Positions 10,969 through 23,972 of a DNA stretch of 64,000 nucleotides are shown piece after piece. The stretch spans positions 806,001-870,000 of the forward strand of contig JAUFOQ010000005.1 of assembly GCA_040285855.1 (NCBI GenBank). The letters are read 5' to 3'. The DNA is from Eukaryota sp. GEM-RC1 (taxonomy: Eukaryota). The notes under the pieces were generated by a model. It searched no databases, had not been told where the DNA came from, and saw nothing but the letters and a program-made list of their open reading frames with translations. A program made the translations under genes and the position numbers. Numbering within the stretch: the first letter of the stretch is position 1; the number at the start of each line of letters is the position of its first letter.

Positions 10969-11321
10969 GATGAAGCATCAGCTAGAGCTATCTCAGGATG
11001 TTGCTTATAATACATTCGTGCTTCATCGATGTCCTGTAATGAGAAAGTAGATGTTACCAACCCTTTTGAGTTCTTCATATTCCGAAGGATTGTTACGGAG
11101 AGTGAAGACTTTGTATAAAATACTGATTAATGAATATGTACCAAAGAGAACAATGTAGATAGGGAGAAACTGTGGTGAAAACAAGATGATGACCGAACCC
11201 ATTGGATGAAAAGGACTAGGTGGGGGTTCATTGTTGGCTGTTTGACTGTAACGTATGCTAACGACATCCAAATCGAAAGAATAAGGGACCACTTTAACAA
11301 GAATCGGGTGAAAGCTGTCAT
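10965..11321 (-). CDS. DPM3: Dolichol-phosphate mannosyltransferase subunit 3 (3 exons)
   Basis: Removing GT-AG introns 11170-11198 (29 nt) and 11034-11061 (28 nt) gives a ~99-aa two-TM protein ...WFLPIYIVLFGTYSLISILYKVFTLRNNPSEYEELKRDIDEARMYY..., the DPM3 pattern. Confidence 0.85.
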
Positions 11322-13439
11322 TGACGTAAGTGTAGAGGTTGTAGAGGAGTTTGTTATGAATGTTTTCAAATCTCTTACAGTTCTAGTTGTCTCAAAGAAT
11401 CCTGTCTCAACACTAAAAAGACCAACACAGGACTTACTTAGTTGCCCTGTTGTAGACAACTTACATAAGTTTTATATCATTAGACAACGATAACACCGAT
11501 CTCCATGAGTTTCTCGTTTACTAGTAGGTACGTTCTTCATTTGCGTAGGTCAAGTCTGACTTGAAGTATCTACCATTATCTTCACATTTGCATTTGCTCA
11601 TCCATGATTCTCTACTTGTTTTGTGTCTTTGTCATCGAGATTTTTCTCGATCAGGTTTCGTTTTCGTTCATAGACTTCAACATTGGACAATAATATTGTA
11701 AGGAATTCTTCTGATGTGTGTTGGATTATTTCCTAAGTCCTTGTTGTCTTAAAGGATGTTTGTCTTGGTGTTTTTCTGTCAAACCTACTGTAATCAATGT
11801 TGGCATTCTGTTACTAAATTTGTGTACAGCTTTAAACAGCAGGTCCTTGACCTAAAGAGTATCAATTGTTGTTGACGAGTACAGTATTTTCTTCGGTTGT
11901 AAAATGTTGATCTTTAGTAATGAATGAATTTTCCGAATATTAAAGAAATTTAAAAAAAATCTTTTGTCTCCATGTTTTACTTTGAGACATTGTGATTGAT
12001 TTTCTTTTTATCTAATATGTCTAGCGAAATGCTCTTCATTGTCTTTGTTTTATTATACCATTTAAGAAATTCATCTTCCTGCCGAAATGTCTACTGAAAT
12101 GTCTCTAATTTAGTAGTTTTGTTGTTTTTCTAAGTGTTTACGTGAGTACTGTTGGACTTATGTTATTGATTATATCAAACAGACATCCAGTATTTGGAAA
12201 GAAACCTTAGCGTAACGAACCACAAGGAGACAAGAGGGGAAAATAAGGTCTACATACATTTTCCCAGTAACATCATCACCACGAACACTGTATCTTCGTC
12301 GTGGTGAAGATGCGAGAAACTATGGCTGATCAATACATCCGTCAAAGACAGAGACACTAAAGAGCGAGGGGCGAATTTCTCTAAGATGGTCTAGGATTAA
12401 ATAAAGTGAAAGAAAAAAGTATTTTAATCAGAAGTCTTAAGACAACAACAGTAGTTAAGATTGATTGGATCATGGTCGATCTTGTTGTTGTTGACAACAA
12501 CTTCTTCTTAATTGATTACAGAGTACTGCTGGATTCTCATCCTTAACGATAACATTTTCTTTAATAACAAACCTACTAGACCAACTAGAAGAAAAAAGGA
12601 ACTAACAGAAACAAGGTTGTTACCTTTATTTGATCAGGAAGGGAATGAAAGGACATATAATACAATGGAAGCCTTGGTAACATTGTTGTCATTACTGACA
12701 GACAAGAGTATAAGTACATGTACACGTACCACATCAAAGTACCGGATGTGTGGTATCCTTAAGGAACATCAAACAAGCTAAGGTATGTCGAAACGTTAAT
12801 AGCAGGGGTTTGCTTTCCTTGACTGCCCCCTTTCACATGGGATGACCGTCCTCGAATGCCTGAGGTATCAGGACTTACAACGGAACTTGATGTAGCACTA
12901 ACTGAGCTAGACTCAAAAGAGCTGCGGTTAGTTGAGTCTTCACTGGAAGAGCTATGGTTAACATGGTTTCGCCTTTTTACCATTGGACAATAATTATTGA
13001 TACCTTTAGGTACTAAGGGGAAAAGGAACAATGTTTATAAAAAGAATTAAGGGATAATTTCGGTAATACGAAATTGAAGGGATTGATTCTCGTCATCTTC
13101 TTGCTACTAACGTTAATCGGTTAGTTTGTGCAAGTTTAGCCATTTCTAATTTAATGATTAGTCTGAGTGAGACTAATTATGAATATTCTTCATTAGTCTT
13201 GAAATTTTCCCCTACTGTTATTGGCAATGTAATTGTATGGTATCATTTTTAAAGCTTCAAAATTGAAAATGTAACACTATTATGTGTGTCGCTCTTATAC
13301 TGATACTTAATATAAAGTACTTACAGTTCAAAGTAAACTGTAAGTACTATATGGTGCCACAAACGAGATTTAACACATGGGTATACAGATCATACATAAA
13401 GGAGGTTATTTCGAACAATAAATTATACATAGTAATTCA

Positions 13440-14180
13440 GAAATGAAACAAGTTAAATTCGCCACATCAACACGAGAATTAATTTCCTGTACAACTTCGA
13501 ATAAATGGAACTCAAATACTTGGGAACACTTCTATAAAGAACAATCATAATTCGATTAATCCCAAACAACTATTAAAAAAACCTTGCCATTAGAATGGTA
13601 TAACAAACTTAAATCGGGAAAAAATGTAAACCAGCTGGACCAATATTACCAAAAATTGATATTGCAAATGGAACAAATGAAAAATTAGAGTATGTATTTT
13701 CATTAAGCTTCTTCAAAGCATCTGCATAATTAGAACACTTAGCCTGTTCAGCCTTTTCCAGCTGACCGTTAGAATGATTCAAAATAGAGTTTTGGTCTAC
13801 TTTTGCAAATGGGTCAACTGTAGTAAAATCAACCACAACTTGAAATGAATCCAGGAAAGGAGCATTTAAGTCAATGTGCCCAGAAAAATTTGTTTCCGTC
13901 GCTAAAATGTTCCAGCAGAGGATCAACTTTACAACTTTAATTATAGGATTTAATTATTTTCATAAGTAACATCACGAACAGCATTATGTAGAACAGATCG
14001 ACGTTGCATTTTTTTTGTATCTAACAATATATCGAAAAGAGGCTGTAGAACTGTTATCGGAATCACAAATTGAATTTATTTGCAACCCAGGGAATAATCC
14101 CAGTCGAAGTCGCGTATTTTGCTTCCAAAAATCATTGTGCAAACGTAAATCAAGGACATGTTAATACTCTTTGTTATACC
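13440..14180 (-). mobile_element. CRE-like non-LTR retrotransposon 3' relic (restriction-like endonuclease region)
   Basis: RLRLGLFP, VLHNAVRDV, VVDFTTVDP, AEQAK..Y, FVPFAISIFGNIG, SRVDV; homologous to 46860-49330. Confidence 0.75.
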
Positions 14181-15727
14181 TGCTTCCATCAATGATATTT
14201 ATGATTAGACGTCTGTTAAATCCTGCATTACGTCAACAAAATACACAATTTTTTGAAAATGTCGATTGAATTAACCAGAACACAAATTATTCAAACAATT
14301 TCATCAATCAGAGAAATATATACAGCTCATTTTGCACTGAGCCAGTACATATTGCCAAAGAAGCTGCGGAGAATACCAGTAACGGGCAGAAGTAGCGTAC
14401 CAGTTTGGTCCCAATTTATCTGGTGTTGGAGCAAGGATCACTCGCCCTTTGGCTCTACTTCAATGCAGAAAGACATTGGAGCTTTCTTGATAACCAATGG
14501 GACAAGTGTAGAATGAGAATGATAATATCAATATCTTGTTGAGCGCTCAATTCAATTTTCCCACATTAACAAGGATCCAAAGATGATGACGTTTCATAAA
14601 CTCACAAACTTTTTGTATCTCAATAAGGAAGATACGTCCAAAATGAATGAAACAAATGACGAATCAAAAGGACGTCTTCATGACAAATTTCACCACTTAT
14701 CGCCTATCGATTGCATTGTTGAAAGACCTCAAGAAGTGGTGAACTATTGCTTCAAAGATATTGTAATAGCATTGAAGTTGTTTTTATTGTTCCAATTAAA
14801 TAAAATCGTTCGTCCCACTTTTATAACACATAACACTACAACAAAATATATTGTAAAACATTTATCTTGCAAATAAGAAATGGAAAACAGAGCAGGATTA
14901 TTTTAGTGAACTATCTTTCCCTGTTTTTCAGTAACTTTTCATGGCTCTCGAAAATTTCAATTCAAAGTTTTACACTACTACTCCCCAAAAGTTTATCAAG
15001 AAACCCCTAAGAGAAACAATGAAGTGTACTCCGCATTGGAGACTGACACTGATACCTTAAGATCACTATGTATGTTCGGTTTTGATCTGCCACACTCTTT
15101 TGATACTACTGTGATTGATGAGCTGCATTTGTCCATCAGTGCTATTGTGCATGAAGTTTTTTCACATTCTGTATCATTATGCAGTGATTTTGAGTCAAGT
15201 GTGTCGGACACGTGTCACTAATTCCATCATCAGCTTGTGCTCTCACGATACATATATTTGCATGCTTTCTATCATTTCACAAAAACCTTCAAAGACAACC
15301 GCTGTGAAATTTTGCTTTCAACAACCCAAGGCTAACGTTACCTCACTCGATCATCAAAATGTAACATTTGAACTAATTCATGATCCACAGGTTAGAAAAA
15401 ACCTTGGTCTTTGTCGAACTTTTGTCAACATCAAAAATGCTTAAGAACTTTGTGTTTCTCTAAGTGAGAACTCACCGGTGCTAGTAACTCATAAGTATTT
15501 CAAATTTTCTAACAAATTCCAAATTACTTCTTTTCTTAAATCAAAATCAAATACACCTGACTTCATTTATTTTCTAAGTCAGATTTGACTGAAATCATTA
15601 AAATCTTCACTTTCAAATTTCCATTTGCTATCAGAAAAATTAATCAATGTTGGAAGTTACTTCCAACATACTTAAAAAACGAACCGGTGTTAAATAAACT
15701 CCTAGCTACCAATGAACAGAGAATATA

Positions 15728-15807
15728 GAACTCAGAAAAGGTCTGAACAAATTTGAACACAGTTCGCAGACATCTTTAGAAAGTAAGACATCATTTTCAG
15801 AGATATC
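15728..15807 (-). repeat. Inverted copy of the 3228-3335 repeat
   Basis: Direct sequence comparison. Confidence 0.8.
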
Positions 15808-16546
15808 CCTATTTCAACACCGTCACATGCTAAGGAAAGAATACAAGAGAAGTGGTTACTGATTGAGTGGATTTGTTCAACCGAAATATAATTCTAGAAA
15901 ACTAGAAGTGTGTTACAAGAGAGAAGCATGACAACATGGTGAAGATCTTAGATCCGTTTAGACTATTGATTCGATAGTATTAAAGTCATCAACAATAAGC
16001 ATAGTGAAATTTCACGAACATCAAAGGTATTTAGTTAGCTGTCGTCGCTCTGCTTGTTTTTCCCTGTTATTCTCTTTACAGCAACTTCATTGTTTCATCT
16101 TTACTGGTGCATTGTCATCACTTCTGGTGTTGTACAAAATGCTTCTCGTTATAACTGTTTTTGAGGTAGTTCGTTTGATAATTTGTTTAAATAGCCTTTA
16201 TATAGTTGTTGTTTTCTTGTTGGGTGTTTATCTTCGCACATCAATCCCTTTTCTGTTCTCCAGAAATAACTAAGAAAGTGCAAGTCTCTAATTCCACTTT
16301 CCAGTCGGACAGCATCGTGTCTTCGACAACTCTAGCTTGGAAACAACTTAAGGAGTAGAAGATACTTAATCTAACATTTTTGATTCATCAAAAGCCATCA
16401 TCTATCTAATTCTTAAATTTTGGTTTTAAATTTTTAATATATTTTTCTGTTGCAAATAAACTCTATCTCTTATTTTAATAAAAGAAAGTGTAATTAAATT
16501 CCCTTTTATTGACATTCCCTCTCATTCCTGGCATACTGTCAAAATC

Positions 16547-16594
16547 GACCTCACACTGAACGACGACATCGAACCTAATCCAGGTGCTCCCAAA
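16547..16594 (+). other. Degenerate 2A-like (StopGo) peptide coding motif
   Basis: DLTLNDDIEPNPGAPK; two single-nucleotide changes restore DLTLNGDIEPNPGP. Confidence 0.65.
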
Positions 16595-17859
16595 CATTTG
16601 AAAGAAAAAAAGATAAAATTCCACAATGTCCCAGGAAATCATACCTGTGTTAATTTTGGAAATCAAAAAGCTACTTTTGGTTTCAGTGGAAATAGCCACT
16701 AACTTTCAGAGAGACATATAACGGCATTGATAAATCCAGATTTGCAAATAAGAAGGAACGTCATCAAGCTGTCGATCGGTAATGGAAATTCTTTTAAAAT
16801 ATGAGTTTACAATTGATCTGAAAAATCCTGATTTGGAAGATTTTATTGAGAAGTTTAAAAGATCAACTCCAAATGATCACGATTCTCTTTCCAACCAATA
16901 TTCCATTGTAGGAACACGAGATCCATTAGTTAGAATAGACAGATAGGTTTAACGAAAGGTTGTTTCCTTTTGGTCCGAAGTAACACCTGATATCTTACCT
17001 GAAAGTATGAAAATCGAGTTAAATTCATTATTTAAATCAAATACCAACAATAATGCCAATTCATCTTTTGTTTTTGGTCAAAACTTTTTCAGAAAGAGAT
17101 CTACTCAAACTCGAAGCTCAAGAGATAAAAAGACCACAATCAGTAGTTTTTTCATTCCTGAAATGTTTACGTAATTGAATGATTACAATCAGTACAGAAA
17201 TGATACATGTAAAACACAAATTGATGAAGTCAAAATACCTGAGGAAAAATAAATTCCTAAATCCTGTGCTTCCACTAGATACTTCCGCCGAAGACTGGAT
17301 TAACCTTATTCTTGATGAAGTAACAGCTACTTGCTGCATTGGTTTGAAACATCTAAACAAACAAGATTTCTTGAGGTGTTATTCTTTACAACCATCTGTT
17401 GAACATTTACTGGGATTTACGGCCAATGTTTTAATTATTCTTGCTGATCGAGTAACAACTCCAGGCCGAAACAACATGTAATGTATGAAGTTGAAGTTGA
17501 TCAAAATTTTAAATTTATTTTAGCATCGTTCATCCTTGTAAACATGTTGGTGCTTCTAATTGGATCAAATGATGACCTAAAGAATGAAAAACGCAATCTT
17601 GACGTTACCATTGTCGACAAATTCCATCCATTGAAGAAGACAACTCCTTGGTCAAAAATGTCTGTATATACAGAAGATCCAATTTGTCAATTACAGTAAT
17701 GTTTGCAGTAAAAATTGGACCAGACAGGCACTTTTGGTGCTAGATTTCTGACATGGTAGATTTTGAAATACTATTACGTGTTCGACATCAGTTAGAGATT
17801 GTACCACGTGAATCAATGACAGAACTTTTTTAAAAAAATGACGAAAAATTCGGACCACT

Positions 17860-18115
17860 TTGAATCTTTGAACACTTCGCTAAGGCAAGCAGTCGTGCAA
17901 TCAAATTAGATCGCTAAATGTAACTGGACCTGGTCTCCACTTTAATCATGGTGTATCTGGTGCAGGGAAAACCATGGTTATTGTTAAATTAATCATGTCC
18001 TTTTTGGATGATCGCCGCAAAGTACAAGGTGCTGCTCCTTCTAACAATGCCGTTGACGTAATTTTATCAAAACTATCAACTGAAGAATCAGTTGATAAGG
18101 AAATTACCTAGAGTA
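17860..18115 (+). pseudogene. Upf1-like SF1 helicase, N-terminal (AAA_11) fragment
   Basis: LNTSLRQAV (Q-motif region), HGVSGAGKT (Walker A, 17947-17973), AAPSNNAVD (motif Ia, 18031-18057). Confidence 0.85.
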
Positions 18116-18118
18116 ACT

Positions 18119-19053
18119 AAACTTACTAGAGAGGACTGTGTGAAAATGTCATTTAAACCAGATAGTGTAAAGTTCTTTAGTAGAGAAGAAAATGTTCAAG
18201 GCTATGATGTTGAAGAGTTTTCCTTGAAAACAAAAGTGTTTATTGACCCTGGAAAAACAGATTTACTCTGTTTTTGTTCAGAGAAAAGTAAATAGGCATT
18301 TTCTGAAGAAAAAGCCAAGAAAGAAGAGCCAAAGAATATGAGTGGCTAAGATTGACAGAGACAGAATGGTCCAGATGGTCAAAGGTTCATCAAAAGTTTA
18401 TAAGAGGAAAGAAAAAAGAATTCATTCTCCAAGATGGAAAAACAGTTGGACCAACATTATCCAAAGGAAATTCGAAATCCACTTTTTACGAAACCCTGTA
18501 TGTAGGTTCCAAACTTACAGTTATTGAATCAACATTTGATTACTACTGTTTGATGATATAGTGCATTCAAAAATGCAAAGACATGTCCATATTCAAAAAC
18601 AGAAAGTAAGTTGTTGAAAAATATGACTGAAAGAGGATGGAATCAAAATGACTGTGTATTGATGTTTGGTAACAATGGTAAGAAGAGACAGATCCTAAAA
18701 CACCTCCGATCAAGTAGAGGTGTGGGGTGGAGAAACTTCTTTAAGAGAAATGGTTTTAACATTGTTCTTGTCGATGAGAGTTACGCGTCTTCAAAGTGTC
18801 CTACTTGTTGGAGGCCAGTTAAAGTGTTTAAAGACATCAGTAATCCAAAACCATGGAAAGAGGGAAGAAACTTCTGGTAAAGTGACACGGTTTGTTGAGG
18901 AGATGCAAGTCCCAAGAATGTAGAGAAGAATGTAACGGTAGCGTCAAGATTTGGAATCGTAACAAGTTAGCATGTATCAACATCAAGACCTAAGCATTGT
19001 TGAGCATCATTTGGAGCGGTGTCTAGAAGTGAGATGCCGTTATTTATCACAGT
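18119..19053 (+). pseudogene. Fanzor1 copy 2, RuvC/zinc-finger part
   Basis: FIDPGKTDLL, MFGNNG, VDESYASSKCPTC, WNRNKLACINI; colinear at nucleotide level with 9395-10316; frameshifts and stops. Confidence 0.9.
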
Positions 19054-19078
19054 GATAGCATTTCCTACAGTGAAACTC

Positions 19079-21417
19079 ATGCATCGCTCTTTCCACCTTC
19101 CACGGTCATTGTTGGTCTTAATTGACTTCCGTTTTTCACACATCTACACATTCTTTCAGTAAAACTGTATGGCAACAACAATCCCAAGTTTTGTTCTGAT
19201 TTCTATAAAATCCTTTCTATATTCTTTCATAAGGTAGGCTATGTAAGTCAATACTTCCTTGAATGCGCCATCATTGCCGTTCAACATTTCCTTGAATCAA
19301 ACACTCACCACCTACCTCTCCACGAACTCCATCGTTTTCTCTCTCTTTCTTCCTTCATTGGTGCAAACATTAGATCCGTGAACTTGTTACTGGAACATAC
19401 ATTCAAATCTAAGACCCTCTTTGAGTCTAGTTCAATTGTTTCAGGCCTACAATTCAACCTGGACTACTTTGCCAATGACTTCACTTTCCCTCAACCGTTC
19501 ATGTCCTCACTTCTTCCCCCTTCTCAAACGTCTTGATATAAAAGCATCTCGTACTTCTACACTTACTTCTTTTGCTGATCAACTCTCTCTTAATTCAACA
19601 GTAAAGGAGTTCGATATCTCGCTTGATTTGTTCACGTCATCCGCAATCACTGCTCTCATCACCATCTTTTCTTCAAATACAACTATAACAAAGCTAGCAA
19701 TCTCTAACAGAGTGTATGCCGTAAGTAAGTCTGAGTTTGTGTCACTTTTCACTGTTCTTGGCCAGAATTCAGCAATCAAAAGTGTTGATCTTTCCAATTT
19801 TTTCTGTGATGATTCTGAACGCCAAGGATGTGATGTTGTTAGTCCTCTTTTAGGAAGTTTGACTCTCAAATCAATTCGATTTCCACGTCTTGCTTGGATT
19901 GAAACCACAGTTTTCTCAGCTCTTGCTAGTAGTAAATCTCTTGAAGAAGTGTTCTTTGTCGACACTAATTTTGAAGCTGACGATCTTGGAGAAGTTCTGA
20001 TTTGCAACACTTATTTAAGGAAACTGTCATTATCTGGATTTTCAATTGATTTTTCACAACTTTTTAATTCTTTAGCAGTTAATTCTTCTTTGGCAGAGCT
20101 ATCTTTGTCTCGAACAAGCTGGCAACTAGACGAAAACCAGACAAATTCTTTAATAGAAATGTTGGAGAATAACACTGAACTTCTTGTCTTAAACATTGAT
20201 GGTTTCATGTTTAAATCTACTTCGTTTAAAAGAATTCTTGTTGCACTTCAAAATAATTCAAGATTAAAGAAAGTTAGTTTTCCTTTACTAGACTTGGGTT
20301 GTTTAATTATTCTGTATGAATCTTTGTTTACTAATGAGCTTACTGCTACTATTCACATTGCTCCTCTTTCTCTTGATAAAAGAGAGGAATCTTCTCCTAT
20401 GCTCCTGAGTACCGTTCTGTGATTAGCTATGATGAGATCTCTTCTCTACGGACTCTTTTGCAGACTTCAAATATTAAAATATGTCAATTACAAACGTGTG
20501 AATTTCCCAAAAAGATCTTTCCAGTTTTATGTGATTTAATTAAGACCAATAATTCCTTGACTTTTCTTGGCCTCCTTGACTGTGTTCTTTTCGGAAATAG
20601 TCTTTTAGAAATACTCGATGTACTTCAGAATCATTCAACCTTGAAAACAGTTGATCTAAGTTCTAATAGTGCTTCTCTCAAGGTGTTGTTGACTGTTTTA
20701 GAACTTTCTAATTCTCAAAAACTACTTGCAGATGTCCATTTCTCTCCTCATGTTCTTGATGTTTCTCGTGGTTCAATTAGTTATGAATCAACAGTTGAAC
20801 CGCATGATCTTTATGCACTTTTTAAGGCTTTAAAATCAGATGTTCCAGTTAAATACGTAAGTTGTTTTGGTTTGTTATTTGCTACTATCCCATCACTCAT
20901 GATTCTCTATGAAATTCTTGCAATGAAGAAAGTAGTTCTAGAAGTTGATATTTTACCTCATTTTGTTGACGTCAACAATGGGGTCTTTGGTTTTATATCT
21001 GATTATGAGAAGCAGATTTCTGCTGAAGATTTATCTTCTTTTATGTGTTTTCTGCAGTCTTTTGAGATCAAACGACTTACTTTAAAAAGCTGTCAATTTC
21101 ATGATACTGCTATTACTATTTTGTGTCAGTTAATTGCTGACACTACTACCCTAACCTTTGTTGAATTTGACAATATTTCTTTTATTAATCCTATTGTTTT
21201 ACCTACCGTAGCTCTGACTGGTGCATTGAAAAGGAATTCTTCTATTAAGAAGTTTGTTCTACGTTCTACTCTTATTAAACCCGAAACGGCGATAGCGTTT
21301 GCTGACGTATTTGAGGAGAATTCTAGTCTTGAAGAAATAGATCTGGGTCTTAACTCTTTTGATGACACAACTAGAGCTCACATCAACTCGGTTTCAAAAG
21401 GCAAAATGAAGTTCTAA
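19079..21417 (+). CDS. RI-like leucine-rich repeat protein (frameshifted)
   Basis: ORFs 19421-20422 and 20419-21417 with LxxNxxLxxLxL repeats; ATG 19079 (MHRSFHLPRSLL) resembles the N-terminus of the LRR gene at 63305. Confidence 0.75.
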
Positions 21418-22369
21418 TTTGAAGTTTTCCCCCATTTTGTCGTTGTGCTCAGCACCCTAATCTGACGTGGTTGTGTACAATAAAGTTTGTGTTTGTTTCA
21501 GAACAACCTTACCGTTTACTGTTTGCAATGTTAAATGATACCCAGATCCAGTGGAAACATGCTTAGAACTACGTTCCCGTACCTCTATTAGAGATCCGCA
21601 CCTTCTTTCTCATGAAGTAGTTTTTCAGACATGATGTTGTCAGTCTAGAATGTTGACTTGTCATAAATGTTGGTGATGATTCCCAAATGAAGTGACGTAG
21701 AAAGGACGCTTTAGACCACAAATTAGTATGTTATTCATGTAGTTGATTTTCGTAATTCTCGTTTGATTCTTCACAGATTTCGTTGTTGATAACACCTATA
21801 AAGAAACCGGTAATTTGTCATGAAATGAACAAGCAGTTCAACAAGTAAATTTAAACATTTCGAGAAACGGTCTGGGCCCTATTTTCACAAAACCTTCAAG
21901 GTAATGTCACATTATCTAGATCATCTTTCAATGACCATGAGACTCTTCTAGTCTCTTTTCTTCTTTCCTGAACAAAGAGTAAAAGAAAGGAGAGTATTGT
22001 CAGGAGTTTTTGATGGCGCGATTTGTACAGTTTATGGTATTCTGAATATGGATCATAAAATTATATATCAAGAATGAGTATGATACACTTAAATTAAGTT
22101 TTGATGTTTTGTATTAAATCTTGTTAGTGCGATGCTTTAAAAAGTGCCGTACAAGACAAAACCAGTTACATGTGCAGTATTTGTACACTAATATTCATTA
22201 CCAATGTCATAACAAACTTAATTTCAGATTCGGATTCCACAATAACCTAGTGCACTTCTTCAATTTAGTTTGATCACATCATCATCATCATTAGAAATCA
22301 CTTTCCCTCATCTTCAATTAGACTAATCAGACTGCAAAACACCGAATTGTTTCATCCAAAAGCAACACT

Positions 22370-22490
22370 ATTAATCTTTACAGTAATTGGTTAAAGGGAA
22401 AAATAGTTGTATACCAATATGACAAAACCGTAGTAAGATTTGATGGTGATGTATCATACTCGAACGAAACTCCATTTGACTTTACAAATA
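22370..22490 (+). mobile_element. Short 3'-end relic of a CRE-like retrotransposon
   Basis: DKTVVRFDGDVSYSNETPF resembles DKAVVRFDSDGCCFNDIKF at the end of the 28977-29400 relic. Confidence 0.35.
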
Positions 22491-23972
22491 AACATTCTAA
22501 AAAAACATATTGATTCTACTTTTTAAGACTATAATTACAGTTTTGGCGAAGATAGCGACAATGTGTAAGTATCTTCGCTTCTACTGACATGACCGTCGGT
22601 GTTAAACAATTGTTTTCTATAGTATACGTTTGTTTTTCTATACACATACTTTCTGTCAACGTTGTCCTTATTGGTAACAATAATTATTGGCCTATGTCCA
22701 TACCAGATACTTACACTAGAAAGTCAGCTTCTATTGGTTATCCAAGCTTTTTGATTAACAAAAGAAAGTAAATCTCGTTCCTTTTCTAATGCTTGCTTTG
22801 AGCAACAACAGTCACTCACGAAAATGAAAATTATTTTACTTTCGTACAAAAGTTGAAAGAAGTCTTTAGAAGTCAACTGGTGTAAGACCCTTAGGATCTA
22901 CATAGACTGATAGCAACCCTGGTTCTTTGGAGTCATTCATTGAACCCACTTCTGATTCAGTGTCACCCTTGTTAGTTAATAGTTTGTGAAATAATAAAGA
23001 TCGTGTAGATCCTTCAGTTCCTCTGTCAAGAGGTTGAAGAGAGTATTAGGCAACTTCCTATCAACACTGCGCCTGGTACTTACAATCGTTGAACAATAAA
23101 CGTAAGTTGTAACACAATGTTTCTGTAAGTACCGAATGGCTCCCTACTAGTCATCAGTATAGTCATTTACCTGCGGCGACAAGAGTTCTTGATAGTTTGT
23201 CAACTTCACCTCAAGATGTTGATTCCTTCTCTGGAATTAGAAAACTCAATAGGTTCGGTTTCTCTGGCACCTTTTCGCTTAGCTAGTTTCCTTAAACTAC
23301 ATCACTGGATGTGTGGAAAAGCCTGTCGTCGCTTTAAATCGCTCTTGGAGCATTTTAGATGGCCGTTTAGTACAGTAATTTCGGATTTTGTCATTGTTGA
23401 ATATTGAACTTCTGGTTTGTATAATGTGCTGATATTAGCACTTTCTATTTAGAAAAACACTATCATTCAACAGTGTGACAGAATCTCCACTAGACGTCGT
23501 TGTCAAGGACGTCTTCCTAACAGACGAGAATCATAAACTAATGCCATATACAGTTTATCCACTGAATAACAGTATAGTTCAAAATAGAAATTAGTAGGGC
23601 TATGAAGATAAATGCATTCCCTGTATTAAATCCAACAACAACAGTGTAACTCACCAAAAACATAAACAATAATCAATTTATCAAATATTTAAAAAAAATT
23701 CAATAGAAGACTTCACCCAAGAAGAGTATCGAGAGTAATTAAGAAATCTATCTGGATTGACTCAGAACTAGATTCCTCAAAAAATCAATTCTTGCACCGA
23801 TCACAATGATGAACATTTCGTTCAACATCAAGCAGCAGCAGGAACCAAAGAAAGTCTGTAAAGAAAATCCATAGGCAGTAGATAACAGAAGGTTAACAGC
23901 AGAAGAACCATCATTCAGTGTCAATCAGACACCATTATGTACAAAATCCAACCAAAAGTCAACTCCCAAAAG

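Larger units (their letters stand above)
16480..19074 (+). mobile_element. Decayed 2A-helicase-Fanzor element, copy 2; left boundary uncertain
   Basis: 2A-like motif (16547-16594), ~1.3 kb of broken coding sequence, helicase Walker A region (17860-18115) joined by a deletion to the Fanzor1 C-terminal half; ends at ctacagtgaa like copy 1. Confidence 0.7.

Noticed and set aside
5600..19074. Alternative genetic code (TAA/TAG read as Gln) explaining the in-frame stops
   Set aside because: Conserved genes (kinase, SfsA, MULE, Arf) have no internal stops and end in TAA, TAG or TGA; the relics also have frameshifts and motif-breaking substitutions.
23640..23940. Possible LITAF-like small gene on the minus strand (DVERNVHHCDRCK)
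   Set aside because: Could not build an open or spliced reading frame.
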